Origin: Octopus bimaculoides
Taxonomy: Eukaryota
DNA: 64,000 nucleotides
Assembly (NCBI RefSeq): GCF_001194135.2
Contig: NC_068991.1
Span: forward strand, 40,577,068 to 40,641,067
Direction: 5' to 3'
Shown: positions 61,170 to 64,000 of the stretch, piece after piece
Layout: every line of letters starts with the position of its first letter
Position numbering within the stretch: the first letter of the stretch is position 1
Made by a program: the position numbers and the translations under genes
The notes under the pieces: generated by a model
Database searches by the model: none
Seen by the model: only the letters and a program-made list of their open reading frames with translations
What the model was told of the DNA's origin: nothing

Positions 61170-62316
61170 CAGGGTGCGTAAGATATTTGAGGACAGATTT
61201 ATGTTTATAAAAAAATAGATATATAATAACAAATAATAATTTTATTTATCAAAAATGCTATGAGGATAAAAATAAACCTTCTTTTCTATAATGTCATTCA
61301 ACAACTGATTTTATATGAGATCTAAATTATTTACATGCTCGAATCAAGTGATCCTCATTCATGTTGGACATTACTCTGACTATGACAACTTTCAAAGAAT
61401 CTATGGTGTTATGGGCATGTTCATTGACAATGCTCCACATGTAATAGTCCAATGGATTGAGATCTGGGGAATTAGGAGGCCAAATGTTAGGGATTATGTG
61501 ATCATGAAAATTTTCAGCCATCCATTCCTGTGTTACTAGAGGCATGTGTGATAGTGCAGAGTCTTACTGAACACACATATGGCCTTCCATTACATACACT
61601 GTCTATTCAGGGCTTAACAATTATTTCCAGGACCTCAATGTAGGTGGCAGAGTTAACTCTAAGGCCTTGTAGAAAGAAGTAAGGAGGAATCACATGTCCT
61701 TCATTACTGACAACCCCTAAAACCATGAAAGATGCAGGAAATTTTGTATGCATAACACTTGGAACTTCAGAAGGGTCTGCCTATAACCACCTGTCATTTC
61801 TTCTGTTAACTTTTTGATCTTGGTCAAAGTTTTTCATTTGAGAAAAACCAAATCAAATCTTCTGCTGGATTTTTCAGTTTGTTTAAAAGCCTTTTAGATC
61901 TGATGTAGTGATTTTCTTTTGCTTTTTCTGACAAATTGACCTTTCTTCATCATATAAGACTTATATTTGATGTCTTTGACTGTTCCTTCTGACACATGGT
62001 GATCTTTTGCAATTGATCTCATGGACTTCCTGGGATTGTAATCAATGGTTTATTGAACTTGCTGGATAAATTCAGCTGTTCTGATGATTTCAGAGCATTT
62101 AGAATGCTTTGTAGACAAAAATCTGGCAACTTTTAAAAATCAAGATGTTTTTAAATCTCTATGCTCAGTCTTTACAATCACAATAACAGCATGCTTCTTC
62201 ATTTCTTGAGTAAGCTGAGGGTCTGCCGTTATTATTTTCTGAAAGATTATACAGTTAGCAAAAAAATGCAGCAATGACCCCCAAAAGTTATGTCCTCAAA
62301 TACCTTACACACCCTG
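61170..62316 (-). mobile_element. maT (DD37D) element, decayed
   Basis: 26 bp TIRs CAGGGTGCGTAAGATATTTGAGGACA / TGTCCTCAAATACCTTACACACCCTG; 37 residues counted between D(SALSH..) and (PL)D. Confidence 0.9.
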
Positions 62317-62343
62317 TGCATATATATATATGTATATATATAC

Positions 62344-62386
<43 letters not shown>

Positions 62387-62721
62387 NNNNNNNNNNGAAA
62401 AGGTTGAATAATATTTTGTCCTTTAATCTGAAGGATTCCAAAAATGATTTCTAATATTGATTCTTCATATTTTGCTGGTACCTTACTGGCATAAGTTTGT
62501 AAATATGAAAATAAAACTTGTGTATGGTGAGTTATGTGAATTTATGGAAAGAAATCCCATAAAACTCAACAAATTTGTTAAAAATGGAGAAGAGAAGATG
62601 TTAAAATTTAAGAGAATTTTAATTCATGCAAACGATTGCTTCGAACAGCAATATTAAAATCATGCAAATTCATGGTTGAATAGAAATAATTAAATTAATT
62701 ATATATCACTGTTCTCCTCAG

Positions 62722-62811
62722 TGCAAGAAGTATAAACAAAAAATTATTACAAAGGACTTGATAAAGGAAATAGCAGAGAATGATTTCAGATATTCATATT
62801 TATCCTTATGA
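62722..62811 (+). CDS. Candidate next or terminal exon (CKKYKQKIITKDLIKEIAENDFRYSYLSL*)
   Basis: Acceptor ctgttctcctcag, phase 0 open for 29 codons; speculative. Confidence 0.3.
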   Translation, partial: CKKYKQKIITKDLIKEIAENDFRYSYLSL

Positions 62812-64000
62812 GAAAGAAAGAAGAAATGTGAGTCTAGTTAGGTATAAACTAAAACTAAGGCAACTAATGGTTATTTGAAAATATATGTGAGAAAGGGTTT
62901 ATGAGAAGTTCCCTCTATAGAAGAGTAAGGAGATAAGTAATTCTAACTCCAAATAAGTCATGTATATAAAGGAAGTTACATAGAAAAGTCCAATTGCAAT
63001 GACGTAAATGCAAATTTACCCCAGCCTGATATACTGAAACAGCTGTAAACTTACTCTAATATACTCTCATCTTAATTAATTAATTAAATAATAGCTTTAT
63101 AACACCAAACATCCACTTCTCATTGTTATTTATTTCTCCATTTTCTTATCGTCTTTATATGTATATATACATATATATATGTAAAAAAATATATATATAT
63201 ATCCAAGAAAGTTAGGGGTTGTGAATTTAGCTCACTAAGGGATAATGTCTATCCAATATACTGCTGGAAGAATACCCAATTATTATTACACTAGTGTTTT
63301 TTCATTGCATTACCAAGTGCAATAAATGGGTGCAGGTAAAAAGATATTTTACCATTAATTTATATAGCAATAAGAAAATGAAGGGGAATATGTGGTATTC
63401 ATCAACTTGCAGAGATTGTATTGTGTCAATTTATTTAATAAGATCCATAAAGTTAATATCTAGAATCTGTATGATATAGAGTGTAAATGGACTATGTACC
63501 GGAATAATGTATAAGTTTGAAGCGTGCATAGAAAAACAATAAGATCGATAGGGGAAATTTATTACGTGTGTATGTATGTATATATACAATATATATAGAT
63601 AATATGATAATATATATAGAGATAGATAGATAGATAAATATATATATATATATAACTTTTATAAGTAATATTCTAAAAGAATATATAATTGAACTTATGT
63701 TGAGTGCTCAATTATCTTGAGCAAATAAATGTGTATATATGTGATTTTATATTATTAATTCATCAATAATATATTTAGGAAATCAATATTTAGTATTTCA
63801 AAAGATATATATCCAACATAACATGGTAGCATAATAAATTTAAAAGTTTAAAACATAAAAATAAAAATACGGAATATAAATATTGATACATATAAAAATC
63901 TAAAAATAGATAAATATATGTTTAAATATATATGCGTATAAAAATTTTATGTGTAAATAAGCATGAATATTATAAATTCTAAAATATAAAATATAAATAT

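Noticed and set aside
62457-62657. 66 aa ORF as a further exon
   Set aside because: No convincing phase-0 acceptor and no coiled-coil character.

Overview
This is a 64 kb, strongly AT-rich, repeat-dense eukaryotic scaffold segment with seven N gaps and many (TA)n/(CA)n tracts. The SINE and LINE-tail families look like those of a coleoid cephalopod, probably Octopus; this is recognition, not a database result. There are no prokaryotic features: no operons, no CRISPR, no rRNA. The main host feature is absent from the ORF track. It is a + strand spliced gene with ten short GT-AG coding exons between 13327 and 53664 that join in frame with no stops (873 nt, 291 aa). They encode an N-terminal Hook/NuMA-type calponin-homology domain followed by a coiled coil (NuMA/Mud-like). 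A CpG-retaining, possibly bidirectional promoter lies near 7.9-8.7 kb. The rest is mostly decayed transposons: at least five mariner families, two maT-type elements, two MULEs, two hATs, two Ty3/Gypsy bodies plus two other LTRs, RTE, CR1/L2 and Tx1 LINE fragments, Penelope-like elements, TTAA MITEs and SINEs. The most unusual observations are: (i) three insertions with an outward-facing inverted-terminus-plus-tail architecture, one with a Penelope GIY-YIG remnant and a hammerhead-ribozyme-like core, two non-coding minis with 11-13 bp TSDs; (ii) an inverted mariner pair bracketing four exons, a circRNA/ADAR candidate; (iii) a Gypsy element whose PBS resembles half-tRNAi-Met priming; (iv) a twin-priming-type inverted RTE; (v) a TE-derived hydrophobic read-through tail on one exon. 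I cannot show from sequence alone that any of these is a new biological system; they are testable candidates.
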